DNA of 64,000 bases. Source: an uncultured delta proteobacterium. GTDB lineage: Bacteria > Myxococcota_A > UBA9160 > UBA4427. Position 1 is the stretch's first letter. Each line of letters begins with the position of its first letter. The stretch spans positions 384,001 to 448,000 of the forward strand of contig CAWGJT010000012.1 of assembly GCA_963822965.1 (NCBI GenBank). Direction: 5' to 3'. The notes beneath the pieces were generated by a model. That model searched no databases and had not been told where the DNA came from. It saw only the letters and a list, made by a program, of their open reading frames with translations. Shown piece after piece: positions 33,028-42,556 of the stretch. A program made the translations under genes and the position numbers.

Positions 33028-34065
33028 CTAGACCAGCGCCACCTCGCGCAGCAGGGCGATGTCGTCCAGCGCGCGGCCGGCGCCGTGGACCACGGCCGTG
33101 TAGGGATCCTCGCTGCGCAGGATCGGCAGCTTGGTCTCCTGGCGGAGCAGGTGGTCGAGGTCGCGGAGCAGCGAGCCTCCCCCCACGAGCATGATGCCGC
33201 GGTCCACGATGTCCGCGGCGAGCTCGGGCGGGGTCTTCTCCAGGGTGAGGTGCACGGTCTCGACGATCGCGTGGATCGGCTCGACGAGGGCCTCTCGCAC
33301 CTCCTCGCTGGTGGTCACCACCACCTTGGGAATTCCCGCGACGAGGTCGCGACCCTTGATCTCCATGGTGGTGGGCTTGCTCTCGGGGCTGGCGGTACCG
33401 ATGGTCATCTTGACCTGCTCGGCGGTCCGCTCCCCGATCAACATGTTGTACTTGCGCTTCACGTAGTTGATGATCGCCTCGTCCATCTTGTCGCCGCCGG
33501 TGCGGATCGACCGCGACGTCACGATGCCCGAGAGCGAGATCACGGCGACGTCGGTGGTGCCGCCGCCGATGTCCACCACCATGTTGCCCGTCGGCGCCGT
33601 GACGTCGAGTCCCGCACCGATGGCCGCGGCCATCGGCTCCTCGATCAGGAACACCTCCCGGGCGCCGGCCGAGAGTGCCGACTCGCGAACCGCGCGCTTC
33701 TCGACGCTCGTGATGCACGGCGGGACGCAGATCACGATGCGCGGCCGCGCCAGGGTGCGGCGATTGTGGGCGCGGTGGATGAAGTAGCGCAGCATCGCCT
33801 CGGTGATCTCGAAGTCCGCGATCACGCCGTCCTTGATGGGGCGAATCGCGTTGATCGATCCCGGCGTGCGGCCCAGCATCTCCTTGGCCTCGTGACCGAC
33901 GGCGAGCACCTTCTGGCCGCGGCCCTGCTTGTCCTCCATCACGGCGACGACGGAGGGCTCGGAGCAGACGAGGCCCTTGCCCTTGCTGTAGACCAGGGTG
34001 TTCGCAGTCCCGAGATCGATGGCGAGATCGTGGGAGAACCAGCCGGCAATCGCGTCCAGGAGCAT
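33028..34065 (-). CDS. mreB: Rod shape-determining protein MreB
   Basis: AIDLGTANT, IRPIKDGVIADF, EPMAAAIGAG, VVDIGGGTT, KGRDLVAGIP, GGGSLL. Confidence 0.97.
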   Translation of the reverse strand: MLLDAIAGWFSHDLAIDLGTANTLVYSKGKGLVCSEPSVVAVMEDKQGRGQKVLAVGHEAKEMLGRTPGSINAIRPIKDGVIADFEITEAMLRYFIHRAHNRRTLARPRIVICVPPCITSVEKRAVRESALSAGAREVFLIEEPMAAAIGAGLDVTAPTGNMVVDIGGGTTDVAVISLSGIVTSRSIRTGGDKMDEAIINYVKRKYNMLIGERTAEQVKMTIGTASPESKPTTMEIKGRDLVAGIPKVVVTTSEEVREALVEPIHAIVETVHLTLEKTPPELAADIVDRGIMLVGGGSLLRDLDHLLRQETKLPILRSEDPYTAVVHGAGRALDDIALLREVALV

Positions 34066-34235
34066 CGAGCGTTTCCCTCCAGGGCCGGATCGGCCGCCGG
34101 GCTGCGGCCGCGCTGCGCCCTGTGAGGCTCATCGGCAAGAGACGGAAACGGTTGAGTGGAAATGGCCGTAAGCGCCGGGAACCCGACCCGAAACGGCAGC
34201 CGCGGTGACGGGGGCCACCGCGGGAGCCCGAAGCG

Positions 34236-34787
34236 CTACTCGGCGGGCGGCCCCTCGGACCGGCTGACGGACCCAGCCGCCTCCGCGCCACCCGCGGGTG
34301 CCTCGGGGCTTCCGGGGGAAGCCGGCGGGGTCTCCGCGGTGTCGGGCGCCACGATCTCCTGGAGCACCCGGATCCGGTCCGCCAGCTCGCCCACGTGGCT
34401 TCGCACGACGCCCATGCGGCGTTCGTAGGCCGCCAGGCTGCGGCGGACCGTCTGCAGCTCGGCGTCCAGGCTGTCGGCCCGCGCCTGGAGCTCCGAGGCC
34501 CGCTGGCGCTCGGAGACGTAGCCCAGCAGCAGGATCACGGCGGCCAGCACGAGCAGGATCGAGAGCCAGGGGGGCCGGCGCTTCTCGGCCTGCGGGGAGG
34601 CGGCAGAGGGCCGCTCGGGCTTGCCAGACGCGGGGGACTTCTCCGACCCGGGGGGCTTCTCCGACCCGGCGACCGGAGCCTGCCCGGTCGAGCGGGAGGC
34701 CTCGCCGGCCCCGGGGAGCCGCTCGTCGCCGGCCGGCGCGCGGGGGACGGCCCGCAGACCCGATTCCCGGTCCGGGTCCGGGCTCAC
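34236..34787 (-). CDS. Hypothetical single-pass membrane protein with coiled coil
   Basis: GTG overlaps the pafA stop (GTGA). Disordered N-terminus, KRRPPWLSILLVLAAVILLLGYV TM segment, then heptad region. Confidence 0.62.
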   Translation of the reverse strand: MSPDPDRESGLRAVPRAPAGDERLPGAGEASRSTGQAPVAGSEKPPGSEKSPASGKPERPSAASPQAEKRRPPWLSILLVLAAVILLLGYVSERQRASELQARADSLDAELQTVRRSLAAYERRMGVVRSHVGELADRIRVLQEIVAPDTAETPPASPGSPEAPAGGAEAAGSVSRSEGPPAE

Positions 34788-36194
34788 GACTGGATGACGA
34801 GCTTGGAGAGGCTCGTCTTGCGCAGATTCGTCTTCTGAATGGTGCGCACCAGCTCGGCCACCTTCTCGGTGTCGCTCTCGAAGGGATTGTTGCAGATGAC
34901 GCGGACGTTCAGCAGGTTGCCCAGGCGGATGTTCGACCAGTCGAGGTCGTACTGGATCGAGTTCTGCCGCGCGAGCTTGATGAACTCGCCCCGCATGCGG
35001 GCGCGCGTATCCGGCGGCGGCTCGGTCTTGGCCCGGTCGACGGACTCGTCGTCGAAGACGCGCTCCACGGCGCCCGCCCGCTCGAGCAGGTAGTAGAGAC
35101 CGCGGTCCCGCTGGATGTCGTGGTACTGCAGGTCCATCATGAAGACGCGCGGGTCGTTCCAGCCCGTGCCCTTCTTCTCGATGTAGCGTTCGAGCATGTG
35201 CCGCTTGATGACCCAGTCCACCTCGCGGTCGAGCTTGCTCGGATCGTCCACCAGGCAGTCGAGCACGTACTGCCACATGCCGACGGCGTCGCTTGCTGCT
35301 CGTCGTTCACCGGGTACTGCTCGATGTACTTCTGCGCCATCTCGCAGTATTCGCGCTGGATCTCGATGGGCGAGTACTCGCGGCCGTTGTCCAGGCGCAA
35401 GCTGGCGCTTGCAGGTGGTGTCGTAGGAGATGTCCTTGATGGCCTTCACCGGGTTGCGCAGGGTGAAGTCCTTGTTGATGTAGTTGTCCTCGATCATCTG
35501 GAGGACCACCGCGCAGGTACCGATCTTCAGGAAGTTCGTGTACTCGCTCATGTTCGAGTCGCCCACGATCACGTGCAGGCGGCGATACTTCTCGCGGTCC
35601 GCGTGGGGCTCGTCTCGCGTGTTGATGATCGAGCGGTCGTTGGTCGTGGTGCCCGAGATCTTCTGGTAGATGTGCTGCGCGCGCTGGCTGATGCAGTAGT
35701 GCACGCCGTCCTGGGTCTGGAAGACCTTCCCGGCGCCCGTGTAGATCTGGCGGGTGACGAGGAACGGGATCAGCTGCTCGGCGAGGTAGTAGAAGTCGAC
35801 GTCCCGATCGACGAGGTAGTTCTCGTGGCAGCCGTAGCTGTTGCCCACGAAGTCGGTGTTGTTCTTGAAGATCGAGAGCTTCCCCGCGATGCGCTCCTCG
35901 CGGATCTTCTCCTCGGCGTAGCCTGCAGGTCCTCGAGGATGCGCTCGCCCGCCTTGTCGTAGACGATGAGCTGCGAAGGGCGAGGCGCACTCGGGCGTGG
36001 CGTACTCGGGATGGCAGCCGGTGTCCTGGTAGAAGCGGGCGCCGTTCTCGAGGAAGACGTTCAGGAAGTGCTCGGTGGTGATGAGCTTCTCGAAGAGGAA
36101 GCGAATCGCCTTCTCGACGGGCAGCGTCTTGCGACCTTCCGGCGTGAAGATGATGCCGTACTCGGTCTCGATCTCCGTAGATTCGCTTCTGCAA
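34784..36194 (-). CDS. pafA: Pup--protein ligase; five single-base frameshifts in this sequence
   Basis: Reconstructed MQKRIYG|IETEYG...FLENGARFYQDTGCHPEYATPEC...DKAGERIL...KNNTDFVGNSYGCHENY...SQRA...IINTRDEPHADREKYRRLHVIVGDSNMSE...DLQYHDI...PPPDTRA. Frame breaks near 36173, 35975, 35921, 35400 and 35293. Confidence 0.85.
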
Positions 36195-36257
36195 CGGTTC
36201 GCCCCGGCCCTCTCAGACTCCGATGCTGCCGGTCGAGGGCGAGGATCGCACCCCCCT

Positions 36258-36950
36258 TCAACCGTCCAACATATCTTGTACCTGATCGGCGGAAAGCCGC
36301 ACGAACTTTCGTCCGTCGCGCTTCCGGTCGAGCAGGCAGACCTCCAGGTCGTGCACCCCCAGGCTCGAGCTGCCGCTGCTGCCCGCCTCGAGGGCGCGCT
36401 TGGCGAGCTTGAAGGCCTCCCCCGCGGGCAGATCGTCCCGGTAGCTGTCTTTCAGGACGTTCTGGACGTCGTCCACGTTCCCGCCGATCACGCAGAAGCC
36501 CTTGTGATCGCTGATGAAGCCGTCGAACTTCACGCGGTAGATGGCGTTCTGCTCGTGGCCGGCGAAGCGGTCGTCTCCCACCTCGGCGAGGATCACCTCC
36601 ATCTCGAGGGGCTTGATCTCCCGGGTGAAGACCTCGCCGATCGCCTGGGAGTAGGCGTTGGCGAGGGCCTTCGCGCGCACGTCCTCGCGGCTGTACGCGT
36701 AGCCCTTGGTGTCCGCGAAGCGGACGCCGAGCTTCCGCAGCTGGTCGAACTCGCTGAACTTGCCGACGCCTGCGAAGGCGACGCGGTCGTAGATCTCCCC
36801 GATCTTCTGCAGCTCGGTGGTGTTCTCGGCCATCAGCAGCACGCCACCCGAGAACTCGAGCGCCACGATCGAGTTGCCGCGGGCGATTCCCTTGCGAGCG
36901 AACTCGGCCTTGTCGGCCATCAGCTGCTCGGGTGAAACGTAGTACGGCAT
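36258..36950 (-). CDS. prcA: 20S proteasome subunit alpha
   Basis: MPYYVSPEQLMADKAEFARKGIARG, KIGEIYDRVAFAGVGKFSEF, YAYSREDV, KPLEME: actinobacterial-type PrcA N-terminus. Confidence 0.94.
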   Translation of the reverse strand: MPYYVSPEQLMADKAEFARKGIARGNSIVALEFSGGVLLMAENTTELQKIGEIYDRVAFAGVGKFSEFDQLRKLGVRFADTKGYAYSREDVRAKALANAYSQAIGEVFTREIKPLEMEVILAEVGDDRFAGHEQNAIYRVKFDGFISDHKGFCVIGGNVDDVQNVLKDSYRDDLPAGEAFKLAKRALEAGSSGSSSLGVHDLEVCLLDRKRDGRKFVRLSADQVQDMLDG

Positions 36951-36952
36951 GC

Positions 36953-37759
36953 TCACGACGCGGCACCTCCCTGCTCGACTGCGTCCGCTCGCCGGGCGAG
37001 CATCTCGTTGTACGCGGCCTCGATGTCTTCGTCGGAGATCTGCTCGATCCCCTGCTGGGACGCGCACATCACGATGGGGAAGATGCGTCGCTGAAGATCG
37101 ACGCCCCCCGTCGCCCGGTCCTCGTCGGCCGCGGCCGTCAGTGCCTGCAGCGCACAGCGAAGCGAGTCGTCGCGCGTGAGTCCCCGGTGCCAGCTCTGCT
37201 TGAGCGACTCGCGGGCATACAGCCCGCCGGAGCCCGTCGCGTCGAACTCGGTCTCCTCGTAGCGGCCGCCCGTCACGTCGAACTTCCAGAGACGGCCGAC
37301 CTTGCGGCGCAGATCGAAGCCGGCGAAGAGCGGGATCACGGCCAGGCCCTGCATCGCCGCGGGCAGGTTCTGCCGGATCATCTGGGAGAGCTTGTTGGCC
37401 TTCCCCTCCAAGCCGAGGGACTCGCCCTCGATCTTCTCATAGTGCTCGAGCTCCACCGAGAGGATCTTGGCCATCTCGATCGAGGGGCCGGCGGCTCCGG
37501 AAATCGCCATCATCGAGTAGGCGTCGGTTCGGAAGACCTTCTGGACGTCGCGCGACGCGACCATGTGGCCGGCGGTCGCCAGACGATCGCCCGCCACGAC
37601 CACGCCGCCGTCGAACTTGAAGGCGATGACCGTGGTGCCGTGGGGGACGTGGCGGGCGAGCTCTTTCAGGTCACCCTTCAGATCGGGAAGCAATTGCGGG
37701 CAATCGACCTGCAAGAGCTCCAGGAAGCTGGAGCCCTGGTAGGTATTCCAGAACCGCAC
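36953..37759 (-). CDS. prcB: 20S proteasome subunit beta (41-aa propeptide)
   Basis: SSFLELL propeptide, PHG|TTVIA autoprocessing site (Thr1), AGDR, ELEHYEKIEG..L.LEGKANKL, ATGSG, AADEDRATGG. Confidence 0.95.
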   Translation of the reverse strand: MRFWNTYQGSSFLELLQVDCPQLLPDLKGDLKELARHVPHGTTVIAFKFDGGVVVAGDRLATAGHMVASRDVQKVFRTDAYSMMAISGAAGPSIEMAKILSVELEHYEKIEGESLGLEGKANKLSQMIRQNLPAAMQGLAVIPLFAGFDLRRKVGRLWKFDVTGGRYEETEFDATGSGGLYARESLKQSWHRGLTRDDSLRCALQALTAAADEDRATGGVDLQRRIFPIVMCASQQGIEQISDEDIEAAYNEMLARRADAVEQGGAAS

Positions 37760-37912
37760 GGTCTCTCCCCCCCATAACCGTCATGGCTTCGCCATGGCGC
37801 ACCGAACCCGTGTCGGTGGAGCCGATCCCCAAGAAGAGCGGACGCCTACAGGGCGCCCGGTCGGAACACGGCCCATGCAGGCCGCGCGCGCTACCGGCCT
37901 TCGCCCGTCCGC

Positions 37913-38185
37913 CTACTGGCCACCGCGTTGGACGTAGTTCTTGACGAACTCCTCGGCGTTCTCCTCGAGGACGGCGTCGATCTCGTCCACGAGGTTGTCC
38001 ATCTCTTCCTTCAGATCTTCGCCCTTCTTGGCCATCTTCTGGGCGCCGTCGCCCTTGGCCTCGGACTCGTCTCCGCCGCCGCCGCCCTTCGTCTTGGACT
38101 TCTGGGAGGCGTCGGCCGCGCGATAGAGCGGAAGCTCCTGCGCGTCTCCTCGACGCACGTTTCTCGGGTCCTGGATGACTCGCAT
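37913..38185 (-). CDS. pup: Prokaryotic ubiquitin-like protein Pup (C-terminal GGQ)
   Basis: DNLVDEIDAVLEENAEEFVKNYVQRGGQ* matches the Pup C-terminal consensus. Lies between dop and prcB; RBS AAGGAAGGAG. Confidence 0.93.
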   Translation of the reverse strand: MRVIQDPRNVRRGDAQELPLYRAADASQKSKTKGGGGGDESEAKGDGAQKMAKKGEDLKEEMDNLVDEIDAVLEENAEEFVKNYVQRGGQ

Positions 38186-38224
38186 GGCGGCTCCTTCCTT
38201 CTCCCCTCACCGGGTTGCGCGCGG

Positions 38225-39712
38225 TCAGGCGCGGAGATTGACCATCAGCTCCTCGGCGGTCGACGACCGATCCAGCAGCTCTTCGACGTGCACCCGCGAC
38301 CCCTTCAGCGGCTCGGCCATCATGACCCGCTTGATCGGCTCGTCCCCGTCCGCGAACGAGATCGAATCCCAGTTCACACCGAACACCTGGTCGGGATAGC
38401 GGCGAAGGCACTCTCCCCGGAAGTATGCACGCGTGTCCTCCGGCGGGGTGTGGATCGCAGCCGTGATCTCCTCGTCCCGGACGATGCGCACGACCCGGCC
38501 CTGGCGTTCGAGCATGTAATATAGCCCCTTGTCCGGGCGGGTGTCGTGGAACTGAAGGTCGAGCATCGAGACCTGCGAGGACTGCCAGTCCAGGCCCTTC
38601 CGTTCCATGAAGCTCTCGATCATCGCCTTCTTGATCACCCAGTCGATCTTCTCCGAGAGCTCCATCGGGTCGCGCTCCAGGCGCTCCAGGGCGTCGCCCC
38701 ACTTGTCGAGCACGTCGGACATCCAGGCCGGGGCGTTCGCCCGGGCCGAGGTGTAGGAGAGCGCGAGGTCCAGGAACTCCTTCTGGATCTGAACGGCCGT
38801 CATCTTCTTGCCGTTGTCGAGCTGCAGCTCGAGCTTGCACGACGGGTCGTGGGAGACCTGCTTGATCGCCTTCACCGGGTCGCGCAGGACGAGGTCCTTG
38901 TGGATGGCCCCGTCCTCGATCATCTGCAGCACGATGGCCGTCGCGCCGTTGCGCAGGTAGATCGTGTACTCACTCATGTTCGAGTCGCCCACGATCACGT
39001 GCAAGCGGCGGTACTTCTCGCGGTCCGCGTGAGGCTCGTCACGGGTGTTGATGATGGGGCGCTTGACCATCGTATCGAGCGCGACCTCGGTCTCGAAGAA
39101 GTCCGCCCGCTGGGAGAGCTGGTAGTCGCACGGGTGACCGCGGTTCTCGCTGCCCACCTTGCCCGCGCCGGTGTAGATCTGACGGGTGGTGAAGAACGGC
39201 AGCAGGTGCTCGACGATCTGCTTGAACGACGTGCGCCGGTCCATCAGGTAGTTCTCGTGCGAGCCGTAGCTGTTGCCCTTGCGATCGCTGTTGTTCTTGT
39301 AGACGAGCATCGTGGCGCCGGGCGGGAGGAGCCCCGTCGCTTCACGCCGGCTGATCTCCAGGATGCGCTCGCCGGCCTTCTCGTGGACCACGAGGTCGCG
39401 CGGATTCGTCACCTCGGGGCACGAGTACTCGGGATGCGCGTGATCGACGTAGTAGCGGGCGCCGTTGATCAGCGTCTTGTTGCGGGCGATGTTCTCCTGC
39501 TGGTTCGGCGTGTACTTCTCGCCGTCCACCTGGAAGCCGCGGGCATCGGCCAGGGGATTCTCCTGGTCGTAGTCCCACAGGATCTCGCCGGCGGGATCCT
39601 CGCGGTAGGCGTTCACGAGCAGGACACAGCTCGAGATCGGATCGAAGTCGGGATCGTTCTTGACCATGATCCCGTACTCGATCTCGGTGCCCATGATGGA
39701 GGTGATGGCCAT
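38225..39712 (-). CDS. dop: Pup deamidase/depupylase Dop
   Basis: IMGTEIEYG, WDYDQENPLADARG Dop-loop, NGARYYVDHAHPEYS, KNNSDRKGNSYGSHENY, SQRADFFE..V.LDT..KRPIINTRDEPHAD, PPEDTRAYFRG. Confidence 0.93.
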   Translation of the reverse strand: MAITSIMGTEIEYGIMVKNDPDFDPISSCVLLVNAYREDPAGEILWDYDQENPLADARGFQVDGEKYTPNQQENIARNKTLINGARYYVDHAHPEYSCPEVTNPRDLVVHEKAGERILEISRREATGLLPPGATMLVYKNNSDRKGNSYGSHENYLMDRRTSFKQIVEHLLPFFTTRQIYTGAGKVGSENRGHPCDYQLSQRADFFETEVALDTMVKRPIINTRDEPHADREKYRRLHVIVGDSNMSEYTIYLRNGATAIVLQMIEDGAIHKDLVLRDPVKAIKQVSHDPSCKLELQLDNGKKMTAVQIQKEFLDLALSYTSARANAPAWMSDVLDKWGDALERLERDPMELSEKIDWVIKKAMIESFMERKGLDWQSSQVSMLDLQFHDTRPDKGLYYMLERQGRVVRIVRDEEITAAIHTPPEDTRAYFRGECLRRYPDQVFGVNWDSISFADGDEPIKRVMMAEPLKGSRVHVEELLDRSSTAEELMVNLRA

Positions 39713-39836
39713 GTCGCTCCCATTCTCGATCCCGGCCGGGCCGGCTCCACGAGGGCTTTCGGAGTCGGAGCGTGCCCGGCGCCGGAGCCCACGATTCTAC
39801 CGTGGGCCCTGACGCCGGCTGGACTGCACCCTTCGA

Positions 39837-41804
39837 CTAGAGATACTGGCCCTGGCCGGGCTGCAGATTCTCGATCGAACGCTCCTTGCGCTCCATGCCG
39901 GTGATGAGCGTCCGCACGTTGATGATGCGCTCGCCCTTCCGGCCCGAAATCCGCGCCCAATCGTCCGGGTTCGTGGTGTTCGGGAGATCCTCGTTCTCCT
40001 TGAACTCCTCTCGCACCGATTCGACCAGGTCCTCCATCGTGATGCCGCGCTCGCCTTCCTCGATGATCCGCTTCACGGCCTTCCGCTTGGAACGCGCCAC
40101 GATGCTCTCGATCATCGCGCCACTGGCGAAGTCCTTGAAGTAGAAGATCTCGCGCTCTCCCTTGGCATACGTCACCTCGAGGAACTTGTTCTCCTCGCCG
40201 GTGCTGTACATCTTCTCCACGAGCTCGCGAATCAGGCCCGCGCAGGCCTTGGCCGGGTCCTTCTCGTACTGCGCGAGCACCTTCTCGTGAAGCGGCAGGT
40301 TGGGCGTGAGGTACTTGTTGAAGATCTCACCCGCCGCCTTCTCGTCCGGCCGCTGCACCTTGATCTTGAGGTCCAGCCGGCCCGGGCGCAGCACCGCGGG
40401 GTCGATGAGATCCTGCCGGTTCGAGGCGCCGATGACGATCACGTTCTCGAGCGACTCGACCCCGTCGATCTCCGCGAGGAACTGCGCGACGACCGTGGCC
40501 TCCATGTCCGACGAGATACCCGAGCCGCGCATGCGGAAGAGCGAGTCCATCTCGTCGAAGAAGATCACCACCGGCACGTCCTGGGTGGCCTTCTCCCTCG
40601 CCTTCTTGAACACCTCGCGCAGCTTGCTCTCCGTCTCGCCCACGTACTTGTTGAGAAGCTCCGGCCCCTTCACGTTCAGGAAGTACGGCGTGGTGGCCCG
40701 ACCGGTGCGCTTCTCGATGTTCTTCGCCAGGCTGTTCGCCACCGCCTTGGCGATGAGCGTCTTGCCGCAGCCCGGCGGTCCGTAGAGCAGGATGCCCTTC
40801 GGCGGCTTGAGCTGGTGCTCGGCGAAGATCTCCGGGTGCAGGTAGGGCAGCTCAACGGAGTCGCGCAGCGCCTCGATCTGCTCTCCCAGCCCACCGATCT
40901 GGTCGTAGGTGATGTCCGGGATCTCCTCGAGCACCACCTCCTCGACCGCCGACTTGGGCATCTTCTCGAAGGCGTACTGGGTCCGGACATCCACCAGCAG
41001 GTGATCGCTCACCCGGATCTTCTCCCGCCGCAGCGGCTCGGCCAGGGTGACCACCTTCTCGTCGTCGGTGTGGCCGAGGACGATGACGCGGTTCTCCGAG
41101 ACGAAATCGACGACCGTGCAGACCTCACCGCGCTGGGTGTAGCCCGACGCCTCGATGACGTTGAACGCCTCGTTCAGCAGGACCAGCTGGCCTTCCTCGA
41201 GCTGGAAGGGATCGATGTTGGGGTGCACGTTCACGCGCATCGGCCGGCCGTCCACCAGCAGCTCCGAGGTGCCGTCCTTGTTGGCCCGCGTGAAGATCCC
41301 GTAGGTGTTGGGCGGAGCGCAGAGCTTGTCGACCTCTTCCTTGAGGAGCTCGATCTGCTGCTTCGCCTCCTGCAGCATGTTGACCAGCTTCTCGTTCTGC
41401 CGCTCCTGGTCGTGAACCTGGTTGCGCGTGGCCTCGTAGCGCCGGCGCAGGGTCTCGTAGTCCGCAAGCACGCGGTCCAGCGACCGGCGGAATTCCACCG
41501 AGTCGCTGCCGAAGAAGCGGATGGCGTCCTGCAGGTGCTCGACCTCGCTGGAGTGGCCCCGCTCGTCCCGTCGCTCGTCTCGCATTTCGCGTCCTTCGCT
41601 TCCGTCGCCGGCATTGCGCACGCCCTGATCCCCCCGATCCCGGATGTCGCGCTCTTCATGACCGAGCTCGGTCTGCTCGGGTACCACGCCCAGATCGTCG
41701 GTGCTGCGGGATCCGGCGGGAGCGATCCTACCGATCATGTCCCGCATGAACCCGCGCCGCCCCGAACCGGGGCCCGAACCAGATCCTGAATCATGCTCGC
41801 TCAT
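39837..41804 (-). CDS. arc: Proteasome-associated AAA ATPase ARC/Mpa
   Basis: Coiled coil ending KLCAPP, OB domains, LYGPPGCGKT, KGPELLNKYVGE, FFDEMDSLFR, DLPNTTNPDDWARISG, C-terminal GQYL. GAGGAG RBS before ATG 41804. Confidence 0.96.
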   Translation of the reverse strand: MSEHDSGSGSGPGSGRRGFMRDMIGRIAPAGSRSTDDLGVVPEQTELGHEERDIRDRGDQGVRNAGDGSEGREMRDERRDERGHSSEVEHLQDAIRFFGSDSVEFRRSLDRVLADYETLRRRYEATRNQVHDQERQNEKLVNMLQEAKQQIELLKEEVDKLCAPPNTYGIFTRANKDGTSELLVDGRPMRVNVHPNIDPFQLEEGQLVLLNEAFNVIEASGYTQRGEVCTVVDFVSENRVIVLGHTDDEKVVTLAEPLRREKIRVSDHLLVDVRTQYAFEKMPKSAVEEVVLEEIPDITYDQIGGLGEQIEALRDSVELPYLHPEIFAEHQLKPPKGILLYGPPGCGKTLIAKAVANSLAKNIEKRTGRATTPYFLNVKGPELLNKYVGETESKLREVFKKAREKATQDVPVVIFFDEMDSLFRMRGSGISSDMEATVVAQFLAEIDGVESLENVIVIGASNRQDLIDPAVLRPGRLDLKIKVQRPDEKAAGEIFNKYLTPNLPLHEKVLAQYEKDPAKACAGLIRELVEKMYSTGEENKFLEVTYAKGEREIFYFKDFASGAMIESIVARSKRKAVKRIIEEGERGITMEDLVESVREEFKENEDLPNTTNPDDWARISGRKGERIINVRTLITGMERKERSIENLQPGQGQYL

Positions 41805-41809
41805 GGCAC

Positions 41810-42550
41810 CCTCTCCTCATTCGGCTCCCGACGAGGCACCGCTTCCGCTTCGCCTCGGGTCCCGGAGCGTCCAGAGGTCCTTCACTGCAAGCGGTGTGCC
41901 GCACGTCTCTGGAGTGCAGCTCACCGGCAAATCTCCTTCTGCGAGCCGCAACACCGCCGGAATTTCGGCAACCGCGCTTCCGACACGCCCCCCCCGTTCT
42001 TGCTTCGGACAGGCAGCGTAGGACCCCCAGCCTTTCGGGCCCAGGGGTCCGGGAACCTCCCCGGAACAGTAGGGTAAGAGGCAACCGCTCCCCGTTTGGG
42101 TTCCGATCCGACGGGGCGGGGTTCCCGGAGCGGCTCGGAGGCATGGCCGAAATGGGTGGGTGCGCGATCCGTCGCGCAGGCGGAGCCCGGAGGGACCGGA
42201 AGCCCGCCGGACCCCGAGGCCACAACCCCCGGTCCGAAAACCACTTTCTCGTGGCGCTGGCCGACTTCCGCTGAGCTCTTCACATCCACCAACTGGCTTC
42301 GTCGCTGGCAACGAAGCGGAGCCCCTTTCGTGCTGCTGCCCGTGCTCGCTCTCGCCTCGCGTCCCCTTGCCGGCTTCGACGCCCGTGGCTCTCGTCGGCG
42401 TTGACCCGACTTCGCTCCGAACCCGACGATCCCGGGCACCCGGACCGAGACCTCTGGCGCCACGTCGGGGGTGCGCCAGATCCCGACCCCCGGGAGCCCC
42501 GCGCGAAGCGCCACCGAAGCTCGAACCTCTCGTAATTGATGACTTTTTCG
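41810..42550 (-). ncRNA. Candidate long structured 5' leader/ncRNA upstream of the Pup-proteasome operon
   Basis: No credible ORF. Many hairpins whose G-U pairs and GAAA loop favour the minus strand. Lies downstream of a TTGACA promoter candidate. Family not recognised. Confidence 0.35.
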
Positions 42551-42556
42551 CCCGCC

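Noticed and set aside
37913..38185. Modifier as UBact rather than Pup
   Set aside because: The C-terminal EIDAVLEENAEEFV...YVQRGGQ follows the Pup consensus with the di-glycine.
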